DNA from: Eledone cirrhosa
Taxonomy: Eukaryota
Assembly: GCA_964016885.1 (NCBI GenBank)
Contig: OZ024740.1
Coordinates: 167,152,001 to 167,216,000, forward strand
DNA length: 64,000 bases
Direction of reading: 5' to 3'
Shown here: piece by piece, positions 1 through 11,579 of the stretch
Position numbering within the stretch: the first letter of the stretch is position 1
Layout: each line of letters starts with the position of its first letter
Translations under genes and position numbers: made by a program
The notes under the pieces: model-generated
The model's input: only the letters and a program-made list of their open reading frames with translations
Told to the model about the DNA's origin: nothing
Databases searched by the model: none

Positions 1-153
1 TTTCTTCTCTTCCTTTTCCCTTTTCTCCTCTTCTTTTTTTCTTCTATTTTCCTATCTATTTCTTACTATAGTTTTAACACTTATATTTCTGTCATGTGTA
101 GACTTAGCGCTTTCCTGTAACCAAGTGCTATTATGCTTCTTATCATATTACAT

Positions 154-227
154 TATTTTATCTATCTGATGAGTACAGAATTTTTGTCCCAGGATGATTT
201 TGTATACGAAATGCGCATAATAAAATA
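154..227 (+). ncRNA. Type I hammerhead ribozyme motif in PLE terminal repeat (family A)
   Basis: TATTTTAT-(ctat)-CTGATGA-stem II (GTACAGAAT/ATTTTGTATAC)-GAAA-TGCGCA-TA-ATAAAATA; stem I strands are exact reverse complements; homologous to 20741 and 30680. Confidence 0.75.
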
Positions 228-263
228 TACGGAACTCTTTTAACCATCTTTTAATTTCTTCTT

Positions 264-324
<61 letters not shown>

Positions 325-325
<1 letters not shown>

Positions 326-927
326 GGGATAACAAGTTATCGTTATAGGCAATCCACCTAAAGGTAGTCCAGTTAGAGTACTCCGTGTTGTGGATGGTAT
401 GGCTAAGTTTGACTGAACAAGACGTTTCCATAGTGATGTAGCGAGTCCACGGTGATTTCTATGTAGGTTATACTTGAAGTAATAATAATTCAAGAGATAA
501 GAGTAACATGGTTGTCTGTACAATAAGGGCTTTATTCACAGTGCTGACAATTGATTCTTTGATCTGGTAGGTCTAGAGTTCGCTAATCGCTAGATGTTGC
601 GTCAATCGAACTCCAATACTTTGTTTATAACCAGTTAATTCATCAGAGCCAGCGAATATGAGGATAATATACAAGGCATGGCTTTTATAGAGGTACTGGT
701 CTAATACCACCCCCTATAAAAGCTATGCCTTTTATATTATCCTTGCATTCGCTCGCTCTGATGGATTAACTGGTTATAAACAAAGTATTGGGATTCGATT
801 GACGCAACATCTAGCGACTAGCTAACTCTAGACCTACCAGATCAAAGAAACAATTGTCAGTCAGAACTGTGAATAAAGCCCTTACTGTACTGACAACCAT
901 GTTACTCTTATCTCTTGAATTATTATA
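325..927. mobile_element. Fold-back PLE-type element between (TA)n tracts
   Basis: Diverged inverted arms ~482-695 and ~708-925; extra unpaired tail 325-480; CTGATGA/CTGATGG in the arms; (TA)n on both sides. Confidence 0.65.
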
Positions 928-943
928 AATATATATACACACA

Positions 944-1028
<85 letters not shown>

Positions 1029-1054
1029 ATATATATATATGTATATATATATAT

Positions 1055-1350
1055 GTCAGGTCACCAGTTGGTGCTACTGGTAACATGTATCCCAGTACAA
1101 CCTGTCTCATGGTCGGGTCGTTGGCGACTAAACTGGCAACCCCACCAAGGTTTCTTGGTGAGGAGGGTGACTTTGGACATCCTGCAGGACTAAAAACAAA
1201 ACCTGTCAAAGGGCAAAGGAGCTCTTAAGAGTCAATGGCCATCCAAAATCACCGGGAGAGATGACCCCTTAGCCTTTGTCAAGGCAGAATTCTAGGAGAA
1301 GGAAAACTCTGATATAACACCTGCAACCCTGATGGTATCCAATGATGTTG
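1055..1350 (+). mobile_element. Probable RTE-type retrotransposon 5' UTR fragment
   Basis: GC-richer block containing CTAGGAGAAGGAAAACTCTGATATAAC, resembling RTE 5' regions as recalled; no ORF. Confidence 0.3.
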
Positions 1351-1662
1351 ACTTGTTCTTCTTTTTGGTAAATATCATCTTGGTTAAGAGAGTGGGACTG
1401 GCTTTGTGCAGTGCCTTTGCTCACTATAAAAGCTTCACGGCACAGGCATTGCTTTATATCTGGAGATCTCTCTGCACTTGTCGTCACATGGTACCATGGG
1501 CCCAACACTATGTGTCAATAATTGTCACAAGTGTAGTCTTTGTACCAGAGTTTTCAAGTCGCTGGCTGGACTAAAAAGTCACACTCGTTCAGCGCATCAG
1601 TAGGGGTTCTCCTACATGGATATAAAGTAGTGGCCGTACTCGAAAACGAGTTGGCAGCCACC

Positions 1663-1701
<39 letters not shown>

Positions 1702-1934
1702 TACATACATATACATACATATATACATGCACATATCAATGTGTGCGAGCCATTGGTAAGTAGTTCAGGAGCAGAAACAGCTAAATAAATAAATAAGATT
1801 AAACAAAACAATAAATAAATAAATATATATAAGAAAATCAAAATCAAAATCAAAATAAATTCAAAAAGGGACGTGTTGACAACGAAAGGTGTGAGTGTGT
1901 GTGTGTGGGGGGGGGGGGGGGGGATAAATACGAA

Positions 1935-1968
1935 TAACTTAAAACTAAACAAATACATACAATATGTT

Positions 1969-2003
<35 letters not shown>

Positions 2004-2125
2004 GCATATACATTTATATACATACAAATATATATATACATATACCTATACACACATATAAACACACACACATATATGTATATATATAAAAATAAATATA
2101 TATATACATATATACATATATATAA

Positions 2126-2212
<87 letters not shown>

Positions 2213-2443
2213 TATATATACACAATCATACATACGCATACACACATATCCACATACATACACATACGAAAAACAACATACAATAAATTAGAAGGATTAA
2301 TCTCAAAGGTACATAACCCACGTACATACGTACATACGCGCGCAATAAAAAATCAACACACGCATACATATAAATATATACGTAAATCAATACACACATA
2401 TATACACGTATATACAAAAATATATATTTATACACATACACAC

Positions 2444-2450
<7 letters not shown>
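1935..2450. repeat. Left arm of long-range inverted repeat (partner 8635-9150)
   Basis: AATTAGAAGGATTAATCTCAAAGGTACATAACCCACGTACATACGT and AACTTAAAACTAAACAAATAC recur reverse-complemented at ~8755-8805 and ~9130-9150. Confidence 0.8.
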
Positions 2451-2482
<32 letters not shown>

Positions 2483-2694
2483 AACATAAATTATCGAGAT
2501 TCGCATTTCGGCCCACGAAATAACGAAAAACAACCTCCGTGAAGTGAGGCAAGTGCTCAATGATTCAGATGAACTAGAGCTATAACAAACGTTAAAGGCC
2601 AAACACACGGATCCGATGGTTAAACAATCATTCGCATAGCCAAAAAAACGATCAAGTAATTCGGGTATTGAAAATGTATATATATATATATATA

Positions 2695-3306
2695 CACGGG
2701 TGTGTATGATTGTGTATAGAAGATTATATTAATAAAAGGAATTCCAACTTTGTCTAATTTACTCGTTTTATTTACAATCCTTCAAAATTGTAATGATATA
2801 TAAATGTTTCTACTTTAGGCACAAGGCCAGCAATTACCCAGTACATTACTGGTACTTTATTTTATGGACCCCGTAAGGATGAAAGGCAAAGTTAACCTCG
2901 GCGGGATTTGAACTCAGACTCTAATGGGAGGTAACTATGCTAGAAAGCATGGCGTCCGACCCTCTACCGATACTGCCAATCCACCGCCCTATGTAATGAT
3001 ATATAATGAAATAGTATGGTAGAATATTAAATGATAGATGTTAATTGAACAAGTACTTTCATGCTTTCGCGATCTTCAGGTCATATTCGATGGTGACAGT
3101 CAAGTTTGCAATTTTCAACTGTTGAAAATTGCAAACTTGACTGTGACTACTGAATATAAACCTCAAGATTGCGAAAGCATTAAAGTACTTGTTCAATTAA
3201 CATTTAATATTTAATATTCTACCATACTATTTCATTATAATATCATTATAATTTTAAAGAATTGTAAATAAAACGAGTAAATCAGACAAAGTTGGCATTC
3301 CTTTTA

Positions 3307-3312
<6 letters not shown>
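2695..3312. mobile_element. Fold-back PLE-type element with SINE inserted in left arm
   Basis: Hairpin apex TTCAAC-T-GTTGAA at 3120; arms match out to ~2727/3312 once the SINE is removed; degenerate CTGAAGA-tcgc-GAAA on minus strand ~3062-3080. Confidence 0.7.
2804..2991 (-). mobile_element. tRNA-derived SINE, full length, 15-bp TSD
   Basis: A-box TGGCAGTATCGG and B-box GAGTTCAAATCC on minus strand; body GCCTTTCATCCTTACGGGGTC; TSD TGTAATGATATATAA at 2789-2803 and 2992-3006. Confidence 0.9.
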
Positions 3313-3337
<25 letters not shown>

Positions 3338-3340
<3 letters not shown>

Positions 3341-4148
3341 GAAAAAAAGATGAAATCGAAAATGCAACTGGAGTCTTATTTAAAAATATATATATATATA
3401 TTTATTTGGTTCCTTTACCTGTTTCGCAGTTCTTCTGCTTTTCAAAAGTAGAGTTGAGATGGAGGGTCTGTGGTTTTTCTCACATCTGGTTGTCATTGAA
3501 TGTTACATGTTTTATATGGAAAAAAGTGGCTCGAAAGGCCAGGTTTTTAGAGAAGTAATTTGATTGGTTGGTCAATAATTATAATAAATTCCGCGCCAGT
3601 TCGCGTTACAAAGTTCTTCACAAACAAGGAGGGCGGGCTCAGGTTGTTCTTTCATATATGAGTGTTTGAATTTCTTTTTACTTAAAAAAAAGGGGCTCAC
3701 GAAAGTTTTTTTTAAATAAACGTAATTTGATTGGTTATAAATGCAATTATGGCTGTCACGTGAACACGTTTTCATTAAATTCGCGCCCTAATTTGGAAAT
3801 CTATTCTGTAGCCTTTTTAGAGAATTTTATGACAAGCAAAATATATGGTCAAGAGAAATGGGATGGGAGAATTGTTCTGGTTCAGTGAATATGGTTAGTT
3901 CGCTGGGGTGTCAGAATTCAGATTTTCTATTGAAATAAAGAATGTAAAGATATGTATGTTTATTTGTGTGCTTGTGTGTTTGTGTGTGTTGTGTGTGTGT
4001 GTTTGAATTTCTTTTTACTTAAATATATATATTTTTTTTAAATAAGACTCCAGTTGCATTTTCTATTTCATCTTTTTTCTTTATACTTTCACTCGTGTAG
4101 GACACCCTTTATTTTTCATTTTGTAAAGAAAACCTCACTTTCTAATAA
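3338..4148. mobile_element. Fold-back PLE-type element
   Basis: 3338-3400 inverted relative to 4022-4085, which continues into a tail; degenerate hammerhead on minus strand 3413-3449 (CTT-TTGAAAA-GCAG/CTGC-GAAAC-AG-GTA-AAG). Confidence 0.6.
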
Positions 4149-4189
4149 TATATATATATATTTATGTATATATATACATATATACAAAA

Positions 4190-4365
4190 ATATACACACA
4201 CATACACACAATAAATACACACACGCTCGCAGGTGGTAGTATCAAAAAATGAAAAAATGATAAAATGATATTATACTCCAGAAAACTTGTCTAGTGCTTC
4301 GAATCAGTTTTCAATAAAAATATTTTATTTGAATAACCGACAGATAAATGTCCCTTTGCTTATAT
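4190..4365 (+). repeat. PLE 3' tail fragment; inverted partner at 7025-7200
   Basis: TATACTCCAGAAAACTTGTCTAGTGCTTCGAATCAGTT matches reverse complement of 7083-7120 and the tail at 44013-44103. Confidence 0.7.
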
Positions 4366-4409
4366 ATACGCATACACATACAAACACACACATATATATA
4401 CATATATAT

Positions 4410-4457
<48 letters not shown>

Positions 4458-4509
4458 ATATATAAATATATATATATATACACACATATACACATATATA
4501 TATACACAC

Positions 4510-4605
<96 letters not shown>

Positions 4606-5340
4606 GCAGAAAGAATACACATACAAACACATACACACACACATACATATAATATAATAAAAACACGTATATATGTATGTACACATAAGCCTGTCTGCAT
4701 ATTCGCCCACATACAAACTTATGTGGGTACACTTAAAAAACTTAGTGTGTAAGTAAGGACAAGGGGGAGTAAAACTGAGATCAAATAATATAAACATTTT
4801 ATGTGAACAAGTAAGGGAGAAAAGGGGTGTAAAATTTGTGGTAGAGAGTGAGTGTTTGTGATAAGATCTGGATAAGGGTATATAGTTAAAAAGTGATCTG
4901 GGTAAAGGATGAAGGTGGTTGGTGTGTATGTGCTAAAGTATGGTAGAAAATAGTGGGGGGAGAGGTAAAAGTAAAATATATATCTATATAGATATAGAAA
5001 AAGATGAGGGAGAAAAAGTATGTATTGGTAGAAAGTATGTGTTCATAAGGTGATGATATAAGTAGTGAGTGGAAGGCGTGATAAGAGAAGAGGAAGCTCA
5101 AGGTGGTTGAATAATCGTTGGTGTGTTAATCCAGTTAAATAGTAGATGCGATTTCAGGTGCGGACAACATCTAAAGATTTCGGTCTTCGAGTTGAGACAA
5201 GTGGCAGGGTTTTTCAAGTTTTGGAGAATTCTGAATTTTTCCGTAGTACACAAAGAACATTTCGTTGTGCTCCTTTGGTATTCTCTTGAATGGTCTAAAA
5301 TAGACAAATCAATAGTGTACGGAACGCCCATTACATGGTA

Positions 5341-5723
5341 AATGTAATACCAAATCTATTGTGACACCGATGATTAATAACCAGCCTGCCAGCAGTGAAC
5401 GATATGTTGGCATGACTCAGGACAGATTTAAAACCAGATACTATGCGCATGTCGCTTCTTTCAAACACCCTGAAAAAAGCACAGCAATGGCGCTGGCAAA
5501 TAAAGTGTGGGAGTTTAAAGATAAAAACATTCCGTACACTATTGATTGGTCTATTTTAGACCATTCTAGAGAATACCAAAGGGGCATAAAAAAATGTTCT
5601 TTGTGTACTACGGAAAAATTCAGAATTCTCCAAAACTTGAAAAACACTCCCACTTGTCTCAACCCTAAGACCGAAATCTTTAGATGTTGTCCGCACCTGA
5701 AATCGCATCTACATTTTAACTGA
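5341..5723 (+). pseudogene. PLE GIY-YIG endonuclease domain (frameshifted at start)
   Basis: NVI(Y)..IVTP...RYVGMTQDRFKTRYYAH...WSIL...CSLCTTEKFRIL...LNPKTEIFRCCPH, typical PLE endonuclease C-terminus; inverted partial copy ~5130-5325. Confidence 0.85.
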
Positions 5724-6258
5724 ATTAACACACCAACGATTACTCAACCACCTTGAGCTTCCTCTTCACTCATCACGCCTTCCACTCACTACTATCATCA
5801 CCTTATGAACACATACTTTCTACCAATATATACTTTTTCTCCCTCATCTTTTTCTATATGTATATATATATATATTTTTACTTATATCCCCCTCCCCTAT
5901 TTTCTAGTATACCTTTAACACATACACACCCACCACCTCCATCCTTTACCCAGATCACTTTTTAACTATATACCCTTATCCAGATCTTATCACAAACACT
6001 CACTCTCTACCACAACTTTTACACCCCTTTTCCCCCTTACATGTTCAAATAAAATGTTTATTTTATTTGATCTCAGTTTTACTCCCCCTTGTCCTTACTT
6101 ACCGACTAAGTTTTTTAAGTGTACCCAAATAAGGTTGTATGTGGGCGCAAATGCAGACAGGCTTTTGTGTACATACATATATACGTGTTTTTATTATATT
6201 ATACGTATGTGTGTTTGTATGTGTGTGTATGTGTATTCTTTACGCATGTATATCGTTT

Positions 6259-6289
<31 letters not shown>

Positions 6290-6311
6290 CATATACGTGG
6301 TTAATACCTAA

Positions 6312-6572
6312 CAGGTTTAATTGACCAGCGTGTATATTGTTTAATTTCAAGTTGACCTCCCTTTACCCTTTTTGGGACAGCGTGTATTTTTTCATTGTGA
6401 GAACTGCTGGATTATAATCTACCAGTCTCTTCTTATTGAGTTCTTATACAGGTTTAATTGAGCAGCGTGTATATTTTTTTATTTTAAGATGACCTCCCTT
6501 TACTCTTTTGGGGACAGCGTGTATTTTTTCTTTGGGAGAACTGCTGGATTATAATCTACCAGTCTCTTCTTA
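6312..6572 (+). repeat. Two-copy ~135-bp tandem repeat in PLE 3' UTR
   Basis: ACAGGTTTAATTGA...GAGAACTGCTGGATTATAATCTACCAGTCTCTTCTTA occurs twice. Confidence 0.85.
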
Positions 6573-6961
6573 GCGCTGAGGGAGACCAACACCATTCTGT
6601 TAATGTCGATATAATTCTTATATCATTATTAATTGGGCATCCACTGATGAGTTTATAAGTGCCCGCTTGTGTATAAAACTATGGATTATATACAAGTTTC
6701 TACATGACCTGGAAATTATTTATCCCAAATTGTAGAAATCTTATAACAAACGGCCGTCTGGAAGAAATGAGATATTTATTTAATAATGTCTCATATACAA
6801 TAATACAACCAATTATCCACGAAATACTGATTAGTTAGCACCCCAAACACTAAATTGGGATAATACTTAAGTATATCCTAATGTTTGTTGTGTGAGATAA
6901 AGTTGGTCGGTGTATCGCTTAAAGCTTTCTCTGTTTATGTATAGAATTTAATATATATATA

Positions 6962-6992
<31 letters not shown>

Positions 6993-7298
6993 GTGTATAT
7001 ATATGTGCGTGTATGTGTATGCGTATATATAAACAAAGGGATATTTATTTGTCAGTTATTCAACAAAAATATTTTTATTTATAACTGATTCGTAGCACTC
7101 GACAAGTCTTCTGGAGTATAATATCATTTTTCTTTGTCATTTTTTGTTACTCCCCCTTTTTACTCTCTCACCTTCGAGCGTGTGTCTATTTATTGTTTGT
7201 CTGCCTATGTGTTTATGCACACACACACGTACGTGTATGTATGCATGCATGTGTTTGTGTGTGTATATGTATAGGTGTGTGTATGTGTATATGTTTGT

Positions 7299-7336
<38 letters not shown>

Positions 7337-7338
<2 letters not shown>

Positions 7339-7958
7339 ATACATCTTCACACACAACCCCATCAACAATGAGGCATTCGATACCATCCTCCAGAACATTC
7401 CTTTACGAAAAAGAGACCCAAGAATGAACAATATCCTCCAAACACACAACATCATAAAGAGCAAAAGACAACCCAAATCCATAAAAAAACATCCTCACAC
7501 AAGACAAAATCCAACGAACCTTCACAATAAACCCGACAGTAACAAAATGCGGAAGGCCCAACTGTGGCATATGCATAAATCTAATAGTAGGTTCAACATT
7601 CCATTTTAAACAAGGACAGCGTTTCACATTTAAACACAACTTTACATGTGCATCTGAAAACCCTATCTATGTTTTTACTTGCTCAGGTTGTCTAGAGCAC
7701 TATATAGGACAGACAAAAAACAGCCTCCGTCAACGTATGACCGTCCATAAATCACAAATTAAAATACAGGAATACAGAAAGATTGCATTTAGTGAACATA
7801 TCGCCAATTGTGCTCCCAACCAACTTCCAAACTTAAAAATGTCCCCCATTTACAAATTCATAGACAACGCTACTTTCATCCAACGCACCAATAAGGAAAC
7901 ACATTTCATTAATAAATTTCAACCAGTACTCAATGCCCTGAAATTCGCACCTTTCTAA
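7337..7958 (+). pseudogene. PLE Cys-rich linker plus GIY-YIG endonuclease (Neptune-like), one frameshift
   Basis: PYIFTHNP...KSKRQPKSIK/(fs)...KCGRPNCGIC...FTCASENPIYVFTCSGCLEHYIGQTKNSLRQRMTVH...KETHFINKFQPVLN. Confidence 0.9.
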
Positions 7959-8634
7959 AACTGCAACAAACCATCAAACATTTACAAGAGTTACCTCCAT
8001 CACACCCTACCTAATCCTTTTTCTTAAATTAATTAAATATCACCCAGCAAGAATTGCTTCCCCCTGCATATTAAGTCTCTAAAAAGGGTAATCATATCAA
8101 ACCACAGTCCACCATTTGCCTCCTTCACGGAACCATGGTTCAACTAAACAAACATTCTTGCGATATTAACACATTTTGAACTGCTTAACTTCAATGACTG
8201 TGCTTGTAAATAACATTAACTTTTCTTCCACTTGACTTTTACGTTCCACATTATGCACGTTTTTTTTCCTTTTTCTTTTTTTCTTTTCACATCTTAAACC
8301 TTGTTTGTATATAACATTATTCTTTCTGCACCTTCTGTTTAACATGTGCGACACCACACTAATACATTTCACTATCATTTGATAATGCATATAAATGCAG
8401 AAACCGGTAATAGACAATAATTAAATATATAAATAGATAAATAAATGCCATTGTTAAATAATAAATAAATCAACTAATACCTTAACACTTCACACAAAGT
8501 AACACATTTGGTTTTAATCATTTTCTAACCCAGAAAAAAGAGAGTGAGAGACAAAAAAGAAAGGAAAAAAAAACAAATATTTTTCTTCTTCGTAATCGTC
8601 TCTTTCTCCCTGTTTATATATATATATATATACA

Positions 8635-9087
8635 TATATACGTGTGTATGTTTTTGTATATACGCGTATATATGTGTTTATAGATTTACGTAAATGTTTA
8701 TATGTATGCCTGTTTTGATTTTTTATTGCGTGCGGGTGAACGCGTGCGCGTCAGTACGTATGTACGTGGGTTATGTACCTTTGAGATTCATCCTTCTAAT
8801 TTATTGTATTTTGTTTTATTGTATGTGTATGGATGTGGATATGTGTGTATGCGTATGTATGTTTGTGTATATATATGTGTGTATGTGTGTATGTATGTAT
8901 GTTTGTGTATATATATGTGTGCATGTATGTATATATATATATATATATTTATATATATGTATATATGTCTGCATGTATATATATGTGTATATATATTTAT
9001 TTTTATATATATACATATATGTGTGTGTGTTTGTATGTGTGCATAGGTATATGTACATATATATGTGTATGTATATATATGTATATA

Positions 9088-9118
<31 letters not shown>

Positions 9119-9150
9119 GCATATCGTATGTATTTGTTTAGTTTTAAGTT
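8635..9150. repeat. Right arm of long-range inverted repeat (partner 1935-2450)
   Basis: Reverse-complement match including the order of internal microsatellite variants. Confidence 0.8.
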
Positions 9151-9813
9151 GTTCGACAATAATTCAGACATATAAGTGACTATAACATCAAGATGAAACA
9201 TTTTAAACGTAAGATATGGGATAAATAATTCAATCTTAATTCAAAACAAGTCAAGAAGAAAATTTTATCCCAGACTTTGTGTAAGCTGGGGAAAAGAACC
9301 AATACAATCTTAACTCAAAATAAAATCAAGAAGAAATACTTAAAAGACTATTTCACGAAACTTTTCAGTGGGGTTAGTCACGGTTGGAATCGTTCAACAG
9401 TAGTGCTCAATGCATTAACAAAAACACTGTTAAAATGCCAGAGGGGAATTTAAAAGCAGGTAAGAGAACAGCGTGTTGAATTGAAATAATAAAACACACC
9501 TGGACCCAGGCTAGTGATGCCGGAATGAAACGAAAATCTGTTTACAAGATACACCAGTCAAAACATTCTGAAAAAACTCAACAAAAATATGGAGTTTATC
9601 ATATTATCGCAGTTCTTTTTTTAAAAAACTGGGATTAGTCACAAATATTAATAAGCACTCAAAGAAAGTCCCGAGTTTAAATATATAAATGAAAATAGAA
9701 AAAAATTAATGTAAGCAAAAAGCCGACAATAATTCAGACATATAAGTGACTATAACATCATATAACACGCACTCGCATACATATATACATATATAATATA
9801 CATACACACACAC

Positions 9814-9870
<57 letters not shown>

Positions 9871-9903
9871 ATACACACACACACACACACACATATATAT
9901 ATG

Positions 9904-9934
<31 letters not shown>

Positions 9935-10233
9935 TCATGTATATATGTGTGTATGGGTATGAATGTGTACGTGTGCTTGTGTGTATATATATATGTGTAT
10001 GTATTTATGTTCCTGTTCGTATTTCCTTGTAGACGCTAATACGCTTATGTGTGTAAGTATACGTCTACGTACTATTACGTATATGCGCGTGGTTGAATGT
10101 GTGTATGTTTATGTTCTGGATATTTATTTATATATTTTTTCTCCTAATTCCTTTTTGCCCGTTTTTTCAGCCTCACTTTCATATTTCCTAAATTTTGTTT
10201 TCAAATCCATATTTAATAAAAACACCATGTTAT

Positions 10234-10301
10234 TTATTCATTCTGACGACTGAAGACAGACACAACATCTGCCTTCAAGAAACCACTGGTAAATGAAATA
10301 A
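10234..10301 (+). ncRNA. Type I hammerhead ribozyme motif
   Basis: TTATTCATT-CTGACGA-c-TGAAGACAGA/TCTGCCTTCA-a-GAAA-CCA-c-TGG-TA-AATGAAATAA; all three stems and a GUA cleavage triplet. Confidence 0.8.
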
Positions 10302-10388
10302 TTATCTTATGTTGTTTTTTACATAACTAATAAGGTCTGTAGCCTACATAGAGCATTCTTTTTTCCTGTACCTTTCCGACGGAAATAC

Positions 10389-10467
<79 letters not shown>

Positions 10468-10479
10468 GTACACACACAC

Positions 10480-10540
<61 letters not shown>

Positions 10541-10687
10541 GTGTGCGTGTGTGATTCTAATATTTCCTATAAATTGTTTTTTTTTTCTTGTTACTGTGTG
10601 TTGAGCTACAATTCTGTATTTCTAAACATTATTTTCAACAACCTTCGTGTCCGTCTCTGCCCCGATAGTATAAACTATTATAGAGAT

Positions 10688-10910
10688 CATTATTACCATC
10701 ATCATCATCATCACCATTGTCATCATCATCATCACCATCATCATCATTCTCATTTTCTTCATTATCATTCTCATCATCATCATCCTCATCATCATCATCA
10801 TCTTCATCATTCTCAACATCATCATAATCATAATCATCATCATCATCATCATCATCATCTTTCTCTTTGTTGTTTACGTCATCATCATCATTATTTCTGT
10901 CGTCATCATT
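10688..10910. repeat. Imperfect (CAT)n microsatellite
   Basis: Direct reading. Confidence 0.95.
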
Positions 10911-11467
10911 GTCCCCGTTATCTTCATTTATAGCACAAGTATATTGATTTTACATTAATGGATTATTAATGTTGTTGCATACAACACAATTACAAAGATT
11001 GCAAAGCAAAATATATAAGTATCTCATGAGATTGGATGGTCGTTGCTGGTTTTTCGTTTATGAAATAGACTTAATTAGCAAAGAGCTGATATGAAACTAA
11101 TAGTGGTTTCACATGCATATCTTCGTTGTTTAATAAAATAATTTGGATGTATAGGTACAAATACGTCTACACTTTGGAACGAATATCAAATGCGAGTTTA
11201 TAAGCTAATTTGAAAATAAATAATAATAAGAAAAATAATTAAATGCTTTAATTAATATTACTCATCAAGAGGTTTCCTAGAAGAGGATCATAGACGAGGT
11301 TTTGATTAAATCGATAACAGTACTTAGCAGTAATTATTTTCTAAGTATATGATAGCGAGTTTGTGTGTGTGTGTGTGTGTGTGACAATATGAATAAATCT
11401 GTAAAGACAAATTTACCAATCGGCATGTTGGAGAAATGAAAACGAAACTACAGAGGTAAATTGGATG

Positions 11468-11579
<112 letters not shown>

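Larger units (their letters stand above)
4602..6952 (+). mobile_element. 5'-truncated Penelope-like element with ~720-bp inverted arm
   Basis: 4602-5325 is an inverted, diverged copy of 5530-6250; GIY-YIG coding remnant at centre; long 3' UTR ends in (TA)n. Confidence 0.85.

Noticed and set aside
2900-2991. tRNA gene candidates at SINE heads
   Set aside because: A/B boxes are fused to the SINE body, are multi-copy with TSDs, and give no cloverleaf.
10490-10933. Poly-His ORF
   Set aside because: (CAT)n microsatellite with (TA)n at its start; no coding context.
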